Notes: a model not told the origin generated them from the sequence alone. A DNA stretch of 64,000 bases from Octopus sinensis (GCF_006345805.1 NC_043006.1:51770001-51834000), one strand, 5' to 3'. Positions 38,891 to 53,132 are shown, counted from the first letter of the stretch. Made by a program: numbers and translations.

Positions 38891-39359
38891 TACACATACA
38901 CACATAAATATATATGCATACATACGCACATATATGCGCTGAGGTACATGCATACAGTACTAAAATACTGATGTTGGCATAAGTTCCAAAGAGTTGTTTC
39001 TAGGTTGGAAACTGAATGTTTTTCTATTGGTGCAAAATGTTTGACAACGAAAAAAACAAAAAAAAAACATATATGTCGAAAAAAAAAAAAGATTAAAAAG
39101 AAATAGAGTTGAACGCATTGAGATCAATGTAGCAAAGGAATTTTGATGGAACTTAAAAATATGAACAGTAATCAAATTAAAACACAAGCGACCTGATACT
39201 GTTGTTTCGAACCTTAAATAAATGCAAGAAATATGGAAGTACGCTATCAACTTCACGTCAGTGTGGTACAGAAAATATAGAAGAAAGACATCTATGGACT
39301 AATAAAGAAGAGTTTGCAAATCCAATACATAGATTTTCATTATTATTATAACGACATAA

Positions 39360-39525
39360 GGCGGTGAGCTGGCAGAATCGTTAGCACGCCGGGCGAAATG
39401 CTTAGTTGTATTTTGACCACTTTTACGTTCTGAGTCCAAATTCCGCCGAGGTCGACGTTGCTTTTCATCCTTTCGACATCGATAAAGTAAGTTTCAGTTG
39501 AGCACTGGGAACGATGTAATCGATT
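39360..39525 (+). mobile_element. SINE family A, 3'-truncated
   Basis: GGCGGTGAGCTGGCAGAATCGTTAGCACGCCGGGCG head and body. Confidence 0.85.
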
Positions 39526-40278
39526 TACGCAAAGAATAGCGAAGAAAACAAGCCTCGATTTATTTCTTAATGTTTGGAGTTAAGCAAAAACAGCCTCCTT
39601 ATTGTGGTTCCTAACAAGGGACACTGTAGAAAACTATACCACACTGTGGTATGTACATACAACCAGCTCGGCAAGGAGGCTGCATGCATATCTCTCCCTT
39701 AAATCAAACAAAACGCCTTAACAGCGATACATTTGACGTGTTCCTTGAAACAGCATGGCTGAATAAAAGACTGCATGTTTAGGGTAGGAATAAGTTTGAT
39801 CGACAAAATTAAAGATGCGTGAATTGAGCTGTTGTTAGCTTGACAGTCTAGTGTATTGGCTATGGGAAAATATAGACATCCAGGAGTTCGATCATCGAGA
39901 TAATCTACCCATTGGACTAGAGTACCAAGTGGCTGAGTACTCTCAGATGCGTATACCTTTATGGTAATTCTGAGGCATAAACAGTGTGGTTCTCCATTTT
40001 ATAAAGTTTCCGCCTACCCAAATTTATTCATAAGGTTTTGGTTGACACGAAACTATTGAAAATACCTCGCAGGGTGATTGAGCTCTGGAACGGCCATGAC
40101 TACTTCCTGTATCTACTTGCAGTTGGTCATGGGTACACTGCAGTGAACTACATTCACACTGTAGTGGCTACTTACAGTTAAGTGGACAGAGGTGTATTTC
40201 GCTTACCAAGGGGCTCAGTCGTCACGTGCAAGCCAAATTTCAGCGACCTTACATGCATATTAAACACTAAGGATAAAC

Positions 40279-40435
40279 AGGAGTGGCTGTGTGATAAGTA
40301 GCTTGCTTGCCAACCACATGGTTCCGGGTTCAGTCCTGCTGCGTGGCACCTTGGGCAAGTGTCTTCTACTATAGCCTCGGGCCGACCAAAGCCTTGTGAG
40401 TGGATTTGGTAGACGGAAGCTGAAAGAAGCCCGTC

Positions 40436-40511
<76 letters not shown>

Positions 40512-40785
40512 TGTGTGTGTGTGTGTGTGCGTGTGTGCGTGCGTGTATGTATGTGCGTGTGTGTATGTATATATTTGTGTCTGTGTTTGTCCACCCAAAC
40601 ATCGCTTGACAACCGATACTGGTGTGTTTACGTCCCCGTAACTTAGCGGTTCGTCAAGAGAGACCGATAGAATAAGTACTAGGCTTACAAAGAATAAGCC
40701 CTGGAGTCGATTTGTTCGACTAAAGGCGGTGCTCCAGCATGGCCACAGTCAAATGACTGAAACAAGTAAAAGAGTAGAAGAGTAA
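40279..40785 (+). mobile_element. Full-length SINE family B (tRNA head, CORE-like CCTTGGGCAAG, internal microsatellite, AAGAGTA tail)
   Basis: A-box TGGCTGTGTGAT and B-box GGTTCAGTCC; internal (TA)n(TG)n; the halves recur elsewhere in the window. Confidence 0.92.
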
Positions 40786-41769
40786 TAAAATGTCCATTTT
40801 ATCGATTTTCATTTTCCATTTATATTTCGAAGACACCAAACACTTAACGAGACACATCCAGACCCATGAATGACACCCTGGGCGACTTTCCGAGTTGCTG
40901 TTACCTTCACCCAGCCCTGCACAATACAGTGAACTGTCCGGCAGTTCTCAGTATAATGTTAAGTGGACTGAGCCATTAACAGTCTGACTTTTAAGTATCT
41001 CATTCATAGACATTGCAGCCGGATATAAATCTCTAATCACCTAGATGGCTGTCGACATCGTTGCTGGCCTGGCCAGCATTTTGCAAAGTGAAAATATTCT
41101 AATGACAATGATAAAAATTAACAGGAGAGATACAGAGAATTCGAGGGAAATAATATAAGAGAAATATATAGACAAATAAGATCGAGTGGACAATTGTAAT
41201 AGAGATAGGCAGCACTTTTGATAGATAGATAGATAGATAGATAGAGTGGGAGAGAGAGAGAGAGAGAGAGTGAGAGTGAGAGTGAGAGAGAGAGATAGAG
41301 AGAGCGAGAAAGACAGACAGAGAGGAAGGTAACAAGAGATAGAGTGGTGGACGAGAGGGGGACTGAGTGAGATAAAGCGTGTGTATAAGTGTGACACTGT
41401 GTGTTTCTGTGTGTATATTTGTGGATAAGACCGTGTATATATCTGTGTGAGTGCAAGTATGAGTGTATGTGTATATGTGTCTGCGCGTTAGTGCGCATGC
41501 GCATGTGTGTATATATATCTATGAAAAGGAAAGTCTGGAATGTTCTATGGAGCAATGCTCAATTTAAATAATACTAAAATGGCTAATGACAGGAAATATT
41601 AAAGGATGAGTGAAAAGTTCAGGATTTTTATAAAAGGGTAAATTTAGTTAGTGCATATGTGTATGTATTTGTGTGTGTGTGTATGAATGTATATATGTAT
41701 GTATGTGTGAGCATGCGTGAGCAAATAAAATTTACATACATACATTCATACATACATGCATATATATAT

Positions 41770-41811
<42 letters not shown>

Positions 41812-41899
41812 CACACATACACGCACATAAATCTGCACACATACATAAATACATACAGACATACATTACACACACACACAGACACACACACACAGACAC

Positions 41900-41965
<66 letters not shown>

Positions 41966-42399
41966 ATATCCCGGTGTTTATACGTTCTGCAAGTGACTTG
42001 ATTTGAGACCGTTGATTGCAACTGAAACAATTACATCGTAGAAGAGGCTTTCCAGCCATTTATTAACACAAAAACTTATATATTCACTTTTCGTTTATTT
42101 CTTAATAACACTGATTATCACAAAGCGTCAATAAACTACGTTGTGCTTTTATAACTAGATAGTACAACTCTCTTTTGTGTGTGTTTCAACACTGGGAAAA
42201 ATCAGGGTACACATTATCGGCGATACTTTTCAACAGTGTGACTGTCTCTGTATTGGGCTTCCGAGAGAAATTTTTCAAGAAAGTATAATCTGCCTTTGGA
42301 CAACAGAATGAGGGGTCCGAAAGTGGTGTCTATAAATTTTATTTTCTTGAGCGAAGAGCCGTTACTACCATTGGCATAGCCCCAGCCACTAATGCTATC

Positions 42400-42436
<37 letters not shown>

Positions 42437-42439
<3 letters not shown>

Positions 42440-42637
42440 TTACTCTTTTACTCTTTTACTTGTTTCAGTCATTTGACTGCGGCCATGCTGGAGCACCACC
42501 TTTAGTCGAGCAAATCGACCCCGGGACTTATTCTTTGTAAGCCCAGTACTTATTCTATCTGTCTCTTTTGCCGAACCGCTAAGTGACGGGGACGTAAACA
42601 CACCAGCATCGGTTGTCAAGCAATGCTAGGGGGACAA

Positions 42638-42668
<31 letters not shown>

Positions 42669-42823
42669 CATATATACGACAGTTTCCGTCTACCAAATCC
42701 ACTTACAAGGCATTGGTCGGCCCGGGGCTATAGCAGAAGACACTTGCCCAAGATACCACGCAGTGGGACTGAACCCGGAACCATGTGGTTGGTTAGCAAG
42801 CTACTTACCACACAGCCACTGCT
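42437..42823 (-). mobile_element. Full-length SINE family B
   Basis: Reverse complement of 40279-40785 with a shorter microsatellite. Confidence 0.92.
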
Positions 42824-43326
42824 GCGCCATGTTTTTGTACACATATATGTTTGTATATATGTTTTTGTACACATGTATACATTTATCGTTGTGTAGATTT
42901 ATATACGCCTCTGTTTGTGTATGTGTGCCTATAGTGTTATGTATATACATAAGGGGCATCGGTTACTCTACTTGCATATAACCCTACACCCTCTATTGTC
43001 TTCAAAACTCACTTTTGTTACTTGAAATCTGTTTTGAAACCAGGTTCTAATTTGCTTATTGCTTCCTGTGCCTCAGTAAGGAAATTTTACAATACTTTAC
43101 CATCTCTGCCAAACAAAATGTCTGGACTTTATGACCTTGCAAAATTATATTGTCAAGAAATATTTACTATCAAAATGTCAATCTGTTCATTCCTCATTGA
43201 TACTTCTTACACTAACTTCTCTTCCCTTAATCAACGAACAACCGTCCCACTTCCAGGTCATCGTGATTTCCTTTTATAAGCAAGTTCATCCACTATGTAA
43301 TAATTATATTTATTCGCAATGGTTAT

Positions 43327-43500
43327 GGAGGCGCATGGCCTAATGGTTAGGGTGTTGGACTCATGATCCTAAGACTGTGGTTTCGATTCTTGGATCGGGA
43401 GATGCGTTTTGTTTTTCAGCAAAACAGTTCATTTCACGTTGCTTCAGTCCACTCAGCCTGTAAAAATGAGAAGTCCTGCAAGGGACCAGCCCCATGTAAC
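43327..43500 (+). mobile_element. Diverged SINE family C (tRNA head)
   Basis: GGCGCATGGCCTAATGGTTAG A-box; TTTCACGTTGCTTCAGTCCACTCAGC is shared with 47701-48040. Confidence 0.75.
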
Positions 43501-43837
43501 TTACGGGAGTAATGTGAATAAACCATGACTTAATGACTGTAGGTCAGTCGATATGTATTATATAATCGCTATAACGATATCATTGCTCTCTTCTATGTCT
43601 TCATGCATGGTATATGAACTGTCACCAACATGTTATGGAAATAATTATAAACTGTAGAATAAATGTGATACTAATCCCATTCTTCACTTGTTATTTATCG
43701 CCCGCGACCGAAGGTAACCTTCTGGTTTTCTGTTTGTGTGAAACTAATGTTTCTATTGAATAAGTTCCCCTTCCTACACATTCGGATAGCTGGTGCTGCC
43801 TGAGCTAACCTTCTGGATCCTCGGCTCTCTTCTGCGC

Positions 43838-43876
<39 letters not shown>

Positions 43877-45267
43877 GTAGATGTGTGACGAAAGATTTCA
43901 GGACAATGGCCATGAATTAGATTAGGAACAAAAATAAACGAGTGAACAACGAATATATAGTGCGTGTGTTTATTTGGCAAAAGTGAAAGAAAATGACCAT
44001 ATATATTAGTTAGATAATAATTAATTTAGAAAATGATTAACTTAGATTAATTAGATATGTTTCGGCCAAAGATTAGTTCAGGCCATGTCTAACTTAATAA
44101 CATCACCTGATAGGATCTGCTACGTCATTTTAAAGTCAAGTATCATGACCCATTCAATTAGGGAGTTGTTGTTGACTGAGATGTATCCAGGTATACGTGG
44201 CTTATTTGGTATCACTTGTTCCAAGTTTCGTTTGGGAAAGATGGGATCTTTTTCTTTGATTTCTTTTGGGAAAAATGTTAAATAGAGCAGGGCCTGCTGA
44301 GGAAAAGAAATTGTGTTGCAGTGTATTTGTGTGTTCAGATTCTGAATAGTGGTACATGGCCCTAGCCTTGAATGAATTCTGAATTTAATGTTAAGGTTGT
44401 TTAGGCAATACTGATGGTATATTCTCCACGTTGTGCAAATGATGTAGTGCTCACGGAGCCGCGCGCGCGCACACACACACGTGTCTGTGTGTGTGTGTGC
44501 GTGTGTGAAGGTCCATATAAAAGACAACTTGGACAAAGTGACACGTAGTGGGATTGAACCTTGAATCCTAATGTTACGAAGCAAACTTCTTATCTACTCA
44601 GCTATGTTTGCGCCAAATTTCTTAACTGCCTAGCCATGTTTACCCTAGACAAGTCGATATCTTGACAGTTAAAACATTTACTGTATCCACCATCAAAATT
44701 ACTGCAAACCATCACAACCTGTCGTTGCTTTATCTCAATTTTCAAAGTATCAAGCGGTCGGCATTTCTCTGCCTTCTACATTTGTGTTTTAATGTTAAAG
44801 GGATTCCTATTCATCGTAACCTAGGGTGTTCGACTCATGATCATTAGGTCGATTTCTTTTATTTAGGCACATGGTCTTTATAAAGAGGGGATACCACAAG
44901 GACAGAAAAAACAAGATATTGGGATACATATAAAACACATATCGAATGGACTATAACTATGATAAAGACATAAGGATGAAATGGCTTACTCGCCCCACAA
45001 AGCAAGCAGTTTCATTTTACTGTTCTTTTAAATTACAGTTCACTTTAGTCATATATCTTTTTTTTAAAAAACACAAAAAACAAATGTTGCATAAGATCGT
45101 CGAAAATTACAACAGGCGGCAACTAGTCGTATCTAAACTGAAGTGGTGATATTAAAACTCTTTTTTTTGCCAAACAGTTCTACTAATCTCTCCCCTCTTT
45201 TTCTCTCCAATAGCACGCCCTTCTTCTGAGTTTGCCAAGCGGCACGCTGTGTTCTTGAACTATCTTT

Positions 45268-45708
45268 CTATCCACTCAGTCGAAGTCGACTCTCGGTTAC
45301 TCGATGAACCAGTGTTCTCCAGCCAGTTCTAGCCTGGATCGCTTCTTTCAGATTGGCTATGGCCATTCCTGTGTCACTCTTGATGGTATCAAGCCGGCCT
45401 CTTCCGCTCTTGCCACTGACCATTCCGAGCATGATGTCCTTCTCCAGGGATTTTCTCCGCATAATATGACCAAAATATATCAATCTATGCTTGGTGATCC
45501 TAGCTTCTAGCGACAGTTTCGGCTTGATCCTGTTAAGAACTTCTCCATTGGTGAGCCTCGCTGTCCATGGAATCCGTAAAAGTCTTCTCCAACACCAAAG
45601 CTCGAATGCATTAATTCTCTTCTGGTCAGCTTTCTTTAGTGTCCATGTCTCGCATCCATATGTTGCTATTGGGAAGACGATTGCATTCGCCAATCTTGAA
45701 CATGACAC
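45268..45708 (-). mobile_element. RTE/BovB-like LINE, C-terminal ORF fragment
   Basis: YGCETWTLKK..RINAFELWCWRRLLRIPWTAR..YFGHIMRR.SLEK..MLG..RVTESRLRLSG*, open for ~146 codons. Confidence 0.92.
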
Positions 45709-45848
45709 TTTATTTCACGTTGTTCCAGTCACTCAGCTGGAAAAAACGAGTTGTACTTATAACTCAAAGGTTCAGTCTTGTCACATTCGGTGTGTTACAC
45801 TGAATCTCCCTGAGAACTACGTTAAGGGTATGCGTGTTAGTGGAGTAC

Positions 45849-46079
45849 GGCGGCGAGCTGGCAGAATCGTTAGCACGCCGGGCGAAATGCTTAGCCGTAT
45901 TTCGTCTGCCGCTACGTTCTGAGTTCAAATTCCGCCGAGGTCGACTTTGCCTTTCATCCTTTCGGGGTCGATTAAATAAGTACCAGTTACGCACTGAGGT
46001 CGATATAATCGACTTAATCCGTTTGTCTGTCCTTGTTTGTCCCCTCTGTGTTTAGCCCCTTGTGAGCAGTAAAGAAATA
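45849..46079 (+). mobile_element. Full-length SINE family A (OK-like) with a 22-bp TSD
   Basis: TSD GGTATGC(G/A)TGTTAGTGGAGTAC at 45827-45848 and 46080-46101; inserted into an older repeat. Confidence 0.95.
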
Positions 46080-46599
46080 GGTATGCATGTTAGTGGAGTA
46101 CTCAGCCACGTGCATGTTAATTTCAGGAGCAGGCTGTTCTGTTGATCCGATCAACTGGAACCTTCGTCGTAACCGACGGTGTGCCAGCTTTTTCAGACAA
46201 GCTATTTCAAATATAGGGTTAGTAAAGATGAAGGTAGGTTCTTACTCGGCTAATCCTATCGCCTGCTGTTCAGGTTAAAAATAAACTTGAGTTTCTCATT
46301 ATTTATTTATAAAATACATTACAGTGGTATAATACTTGTTATTGCTTAGCCCTTGAACAGTATCGATCGAACAGAAGCAGATCAATGATCAAAAGAATTA
46401 TAGCCGTTTTCATTCTTTCTTTTTGTTGTGTGCGGAGAAATCCTTTATCTGTTGGATGAAGGGTCACTGGTTTCCATGCATACAAAAAACCGGAAAGATA
46501 AGATTTAATGGAGATTTGATCGTTATTTCTAGCAAGGTGAGTGACCACGTAAAAGCTTCCACGTTTGTTCATGGTAGAATATTTATATGGCAAAGTATA

Positions 46600-46681
46600 G
46601 TGGTAGTAGTAGTAGTGGTGGTGGTGGTTATGGTGGCTGTAGTAGTAGAAGTAGTGGTGGTGGCGGCGACGGCAGTGGTGA

Positions 46682-46722
<41 letters not shown>
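46600..46722. repeat. (GTA)n/(GTG)n triplet repeat
   Basis: Seen directly. Confidence 0.9.
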
Positions 46723-47408
46723 AGCTCAACAGTATCAGCATCAAAATAAATTGTCTTTGTTATAAGCAAGAGAGAAAAACTTCAGCAAAGGTTATGAGTT
46801 GGTTTCTTCGAAAGGAAAATAGCGCTCAGGAGCGACCGACCTCAAAACATGTTTCAAATCGTCTGCTGTAATTTCTGGAACAACGACAAACTTGTCTTTG
46901 TGAAGTGTCAACATTGAAATTGGAAGAGACCGAGGATGTGAATAAGGACAGATGAAATGAATAAAAATGAATACAAAGAACGAAAACTGAACGTAGAAAA
47001 AACAGACATTAATAGAAGCACGAAATTTTGTGAAAGACCTTTAATGGGTAATCGTTATATTGACAGGAAGTAAAGATATGTTAAACGAAGCTTTGTAGTT
47101 CGGTTATTTCAGAGAGGGAGAGGGAGAGAAAGAGAGAGAGAGGGGGGAGAAGAGTGAAGAGGGGGAGAAAGAGAAAGTGGGAGAAGAGGCTTAGGAGAGT
47201 GGGATGGAGTGAACGACAAAAAGAGAGCTGAAGGGCGTATGCTGGCACCATTGAAAGTAGGTCGTTTCAAATGAGTAACATTTAAAGTATATATGGAAGA
47301 GGCATGAATAGACGCACGCACGCACGCACGCACACAGACATACACATACACACTCACACACGAAAATATATATATATGTATATATGTGCGTGTGCGTTTG
47401 TGCATATG

Positions 47409-47448
<40 letters not shown>

Positions 47449-47467
47449 TATTTAAGTATATATGTTT

Positions 47468-47652
47468 TATCTTTTACTTGTTTCAGTCATTGGACTTACA
47501 CCGCCTTGAAGGATTTAGTCGTGCAAATCAACCCCTGCACTTACTTTTTTGAATGAGTGGTATTTACTCTATCGGAATCTTTTGGCGAACCGTTAAGTTA
47601 TTGACACATAAACAAACCGATATCGTTTGTCAAGTCGTGGTGGGTACAAACA
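47468..47652 (-). mobile_element. Decayed SINE family B 3' half
   Basis: TTTTACTTGTTTCAGTCATT...GGCGAACCGTTAAGT matches the family B tail. Confidence 0.7.
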
Positions 47653-47658
47653 CATAAA

Positions 47659-48851
47659 TAGGGTGGCTCAAAAGTTACTGTGGGGTTGTAATCTTTGATA
47701 TCTGAGACCCCCTTCAGTCACGACACAGACAATGGGATTGCACCAAGAAAGTTACTCTCCAGGCACAAGTCCGGGCAAGGTTGTTTATGGAAGACTAGCA
47801 GTCGCCCATGCATACCGGCCTTCTCTCTCCACGCCACCAGTGTTATCCAAGGGAAAGGCAAAGGCCGATACAGCTTGGCACCTGTGACGTTGCAACTCAT
47901 TTCTACAGCTGAATGAACTGGAGCAACGTGAAATAAAGTGTCTTGCTCAAGAACACAACATGCAGCCCGGTCCGGGATTCGAGCTCACAACCTCACGATC
48001 GTAAGCTCGACGCTCTAACCACTGAGCCATGCACCTTCACAATCTTTGATAATTCTTTTACTTTTTGACCTTTTCTTTTTTCTTTTCAGAGATTTTATGG
48101 ACTAGGTCCTGGAAATCGATTATGAAAAATATGGCACTGCACAACGCACCCAAGTGGTGAAATTGTTCTATCAAAATTCGGGGTCAATTATTTAAACCCA
48201 GAGAGCACCAAAGTGAACTGCATCCATAAAGTGTACAGTATGGTGTGCAATTACAGTGGATGAGATAATCGGGCCTTATTTCTTTGAGGACAATGATGGG
48301 AATGCTATTACTGTGACTGGTGAGCGGTATAGGTCCATGATCGAGAACATTTTACGCCCGGCCATACAAAATAGGCCTGACATGTGGTTCCAGGTAACTG
48401 CTCATACTACAAGAGAGACAATACAGTTGCTGAGGCAATATTTTGGAGAAAGAATCATCTACTACGATGTCAACTGGTCATCGTGTTCCCCAGACTTGAC
48501 TAGCCCTCTGACATGTGGGGGTACCTCAAGGGGATGGTTTATGTCAACAAGCAGAAACCCTGGAGCAATTGAAGGAGAATATCACTAGAGAAATCAGGGA
48601 AATGGACCCTGAAACCCTTATAGCAGCCATGGAACATATTTGGGAAAGGGCACGGACGTAGGAAACTGTAAATAGATGCCATCTGAAAAATATCACTTTT
48701 CGTACATAATGCAGAAGTATGACGAAAAAGGACTAATGCAAATTAATCTTCTTTATCTCCTCTATATTGAATCAAAATTTCATACACCTATTTGTAAAAA
48801 TAAGGGAGTAATTAAAACTTATAAGTCCTTAGTGACTTTTGGACCACCCTG
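47659..48851 (+). mobile_element. Internally deleted rosa/DD41D-like Tc1/mariner element
   Basis: TIRs AGGGTGG(CT/TC)CAAAAGT(T/C)ACT. Relics IIGPYFFE..TVTGERY..MWFQ..TAHT..W..SPDL; the QDG codons are deleted. Confidence 0.8.
47701..48040 (-). mobile_element. Full-length SINE family C nested in the Tc1-like element, with an 11-bp TSD
   Basis: TSD AATCTTTGATA at 47690-47700 and 48041-48051; tRNA head TGGCTCAGTGGTTAGAGCG...CTCGAATCCC; GTGTTCTTGAGCAAGACAC core. Confidence 0.92.
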
Positions 48852-48891
48852 TACAAAGACACAGATACATATATATATATATACATATATT

Positions 48892-48947
<56 letters not shown>

Positions 48948-49080
48948 CAGACACACATATATGTGTATATATATATATATATGCATATATATATATGTGT
49001 ATATATATATATAATATATATATATATATATGAATAAGCGCTCAATGAGACAGCATCGCTATATTTAAATTTATATATAT

Positions 49081-49366
49081 GACTTGACCTTGCACCAACT
49101 GACTATCACTTTTTCCATGCATTAAACAACTGTTTGCTAGGAAAAAACTTCAAATCTGGAGAAGATGCAAAAACAGCCTTTCGTGATTTCATCACCTCTT
49201 GCTCACCAGAACTCTTCGCCGCCGGTATAAGTAAGCTACCGATAAAATGACAAAATTCTGTTAATAATTTAGGTGCGTACTTTGATTAATTGCATGGCTT
49301 TTTGTTGAGATAAAGTAAAATAAACTTTCAGTTCAAAATCGGACATTTCCTTCTTAATGACCTTAT
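49081..49366 (+). mobile_element. 3' fragment of a mariner (C-terminus plus right TIR)
   Basis: [22 protein letters not shown]...GAYFD*, followed by TIR-like GGACATTTCCTTCTTAATGACCTTA. Confidence 0.85.
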
Positions 49367-50299
49367 ATAATAAGGGTTGTATCGTCAGAACGTGGACAAA
49401 ATGCAAAGAGTTTCTGTCCCGGCCCTTTACATTCGAAGGTCAAATCTCTGAACTTCGGTCAAATTTACCTTTCGTTCTTTCAGGGACAATAAAATAAAGC
49501 AATGAAGTCGATGTAATTAATTAATATTCTTCTCTCAAAATTGGTGGTCTTCTACCTAAATTAGAAACCATAATATATGAAAGAGGAATTAGGTTGCAAA
49601 CAAGGTAGAAAAAGTGAAGGAAGATACGCGAAAGAAAGCGAAAAAGAAGAAAGATGACAAGAAAAGGAAGGAAAAAGAAATCGAATTGGTAGAAAGAAGA
49701 GGACGAAATTGAAGAGCTAGAAAAATGGCGAAGGAAAAGGAGTCATTGAAGTTAAGTTGCGGCTGGATGTGTCACTTTTATAATTGATTATTTAAATAAA
49801 GAAATGAACTAAATATGGTGAATGATAGTTGAATATTAAATATTGATTTTGTAGGCGGGTATTTATAATTAATTTGGAGTCGTGTATGGAAAACGTGTAT
49901 ATAAACGGAATTAAGAGAAGATAAATTTGTATGTAAACTGAGTAGAAAGACAAGCTCAGGACTGGGTTTTATTAAAAAACCGTGCGTGTTAAAGCACATC
50001 CTAAACTAAATGAAAGTTTAATTTAGAGTTCCAGCTATTGTAAATTGTGTATGCACGTTAAATATTTGATATTTGTCGTCGGGCGTGGACGCACTTATAC
50101 ATACGAGTGGATACAAAATACTTATACATATCTTTACAGACATTTATATTTGTGTGTATGCGTGCGTACATTGTGTGTATGTGTGTATGTATGCCTGTAC
50201 ACGCGCACACACATGCACACACACACACACACATACACACACAAACACGCGCGCGCGCTCATATATATTCATACAAACATTTATAAAGAGGTACTGAAA

Positions 50300-51200
50300 C
50301 AGTAAAAGAATTCAGAAACAGAACGAAGAACGACAGGACAAGTATATTGAAAGAGAAGGAATCGTATGGTCAATTCATACAACAAACCGAACAAGCTGGG
50401 AGTAGAGAACGCTGTCTGTGACTGATAAATTGGAACCTGAAACGAGGAATTGAATCGCTAATTATAGCCTCTCAGGAACAAGTCATTGGAATGAAGTTGA
50501 TGATTACTATAATTGATAAAACTCAGCGAGAGAGAGGAAACGCAGAATGTGTGGAAAGGGAGACGAACGTATGAACCATGACTTAAGAGAATGCAGTTAG
50601 TACAAAAACTGGCACATCGTGAATACAAAAGGCAACAATACAATGTGGCAAGAATGATCCCTTGAGAGCTTTGGGGCAATTATGTCATAGAAAGATCAAA
50701 GACGTGATATGACCAAATCCTAAAAGGAGTTACTGACAGTGTGGGTTTTTAAAATTCTGTGAAATGCAATTATTCAGTGTGACCATCATATTAAACATTG
50801 AAAACCTGACATTGTTGGAGTGAACGAAAAAGTGCCTGATAATTGACATAGCATGTTCTGGTGAAAACAGGTTTGAAATCAAAGAAGAAGAAAAAGTGAA
50901 CATCTACGATGAACTTTGGTGGAATATACGCAGGTTATAAGCAATGAAGAGAGTTGACGTGATACCTGTAGTAACTGATGCAACTGGAAGTATCAGTACC
51001 CAACTACCAACATGGATCAAAATGACTGGAATAAATGTAAAGATAGAACACCTACAAACATCATCATTGTTTGGAACTGCAAGAGTACTCTGCTGGGTTC
51101 TTGAAGCATGATCAGCAAACAAATGTCACCTTAGTCTGCTGGCTATGGACAGCTGACACTTCCATCATAGCCAGCAAAATAAGCTGAGATTTCTTTAGGA
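50300..51200 (+). mobile_element. R4/Dong-like non-LTR retrotransposon 3' fragment (zinc knuckle plus RLE)
   Basis: CRMCGKGDE, IQCDHHIKH.KPDIVGV..CLIIDIAC and DVIPVV..TG..IEHLQTSSLFGTARVL motifs, with frameshifts. Confidence 0.88.
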
Positions 51201-53132
51201 TATAATTATAATAGTTGTTCTAGGAAGAATCGTTAAAGCGTCGGGCAAAAAGCCCAGCGAAATCTCTACAGATAGTTCGCGTTCTGAATTCAAATCTCCT
51301 GAATTCAAATGCCTTTCCTCCCAATCAAGTACTGGGTGCCGATGATATCAATCTTGTCCGCTCAAAACTGTCATCCAGAATCACATGAGCGTCGAAAAAA
51401 ATTCCTTACGGCATTTGTTCCGGCTATCTACTGCCTGGGTTCAAACTCCATCTAGGTTAGCTTTCATCCTTTCAAGGTTGATAAAGTTAAGTTCCAGTCA
51501 AATGGTAGGATCGATGGTATTAACAGATGCCTTCCTCTCAAAACAGCCGGCCTTGTGCCGAAATCGAAACCATTATGATTGCTGCTGTTGCTTTCGTTAG
51601 TTGGTACCTTAGAACAGCAGTAATGTATTAGGGAGACACTATTCTCAACTGCAACCATTTTATTCCTTAACTGGAATATATGAAAGCAATTCTAACGCAA
51701 AAGGTCATAAGAGAAATTCTGACGTCACTATTGTTACTAAGTCAAAAACATAAACCATATTATCCATAAGCTTACTGCTGATGATTTTTATGTTTCAAAT
51801 ACGACAAATTTCTAACCTTGAACACAGTCTGCTGATTTTCTCTTTAAGCAACTTTATTACACGTAAGAACTTATATTTGGTATGTATTAAAAAATTAACG
51901 CCATTTGGATAACATATACACTCATATCATAAAATTCATTATACTATATACGTGTATGAATGCGTGTATGTATGTATGTATGTATGTATGAATGTATGTA
52001 TGTATGTATGTATGTATGTATGTATGTATGTATGTATGTATGTATGCATGCATGCATAAATGCATGCATGTATGTGTGTGTGTAAGAATAAATATATACT
52101 TATTTTACCATACCCATAAAAAAAGCTGAGAAAAACCAATTATTTTCTATTCCAAACATTGTTATTTTGCTTTATCTATTCTTATATCTAATCGAAACTT
52201 ATCCATACATTTTTCACTTCATTCCAGAATCAAGCGCTCTTAGTTCTTATGCATTCATAGGCACGCACACATGCACGCACGCATGCACGCACGCATGCAT
52301 GCACGCACGCATGCATGCACGCACGCATGCATGCACGCACGCATGCACTCACGCATGCACACACGCACGCATGCACGCACGCGCGCACACACACACATAC
52401 ATGTATGTATGTATGTATGTATGTATGCATATATGTATATATGTATGTATGTTTCTATATATATGTATTATTTTATACGTACATATTCATATGTATGTAT
52501 ATGCGCATATATATGCATACACACATACATGACTGAAGCAAGTAAAAAATTATATATATATATTTATATATAGAGAGTGAAAGAGAGGCAGAGAGAGAAA
52601 AAGAGAGAGAGAGAGAGATAGAGAGAGAGAAAGAAAGAGAGAGAAACGTGTGTATGTACCACAATGGCGTGAAATTGTATAAACGTGCCTCATAATCCAT
52701 ATTCTGTGAATATGGAATGTACTGTTACCGGTTCACGTACTAAACAATGATATTATTTACGATAGAAATAGAACAACAGGAACAAGCCAAGACCAGGTTA
52801 ATACGTAGAAACATGAGCATGCTGGAATGTTCAACTAGGTAATGGTGTAGTGAATATCCTTTATCTTTTCTTCATTTCAATTCTTGGGTTGCAGCCATGT
52901 TGGGATACCGCATTGAAAGATTTCTAGTCGAACAAATCGACCGCAGTAGTTATTTTCAAAATCCAGTAGTTTGTCTTTTTTGCTTCCTCTGACGGGGAAA
53001 TAAATAAACCAACACCAGCTGGTGGGGGGACAGACACAAAAACGCGCGGACACATATACATACATACATACACGCATACACACATCTATATCTTTTATCT
53101 TTTCTTTGCAAACCAAATCCAAAAACGAAATA

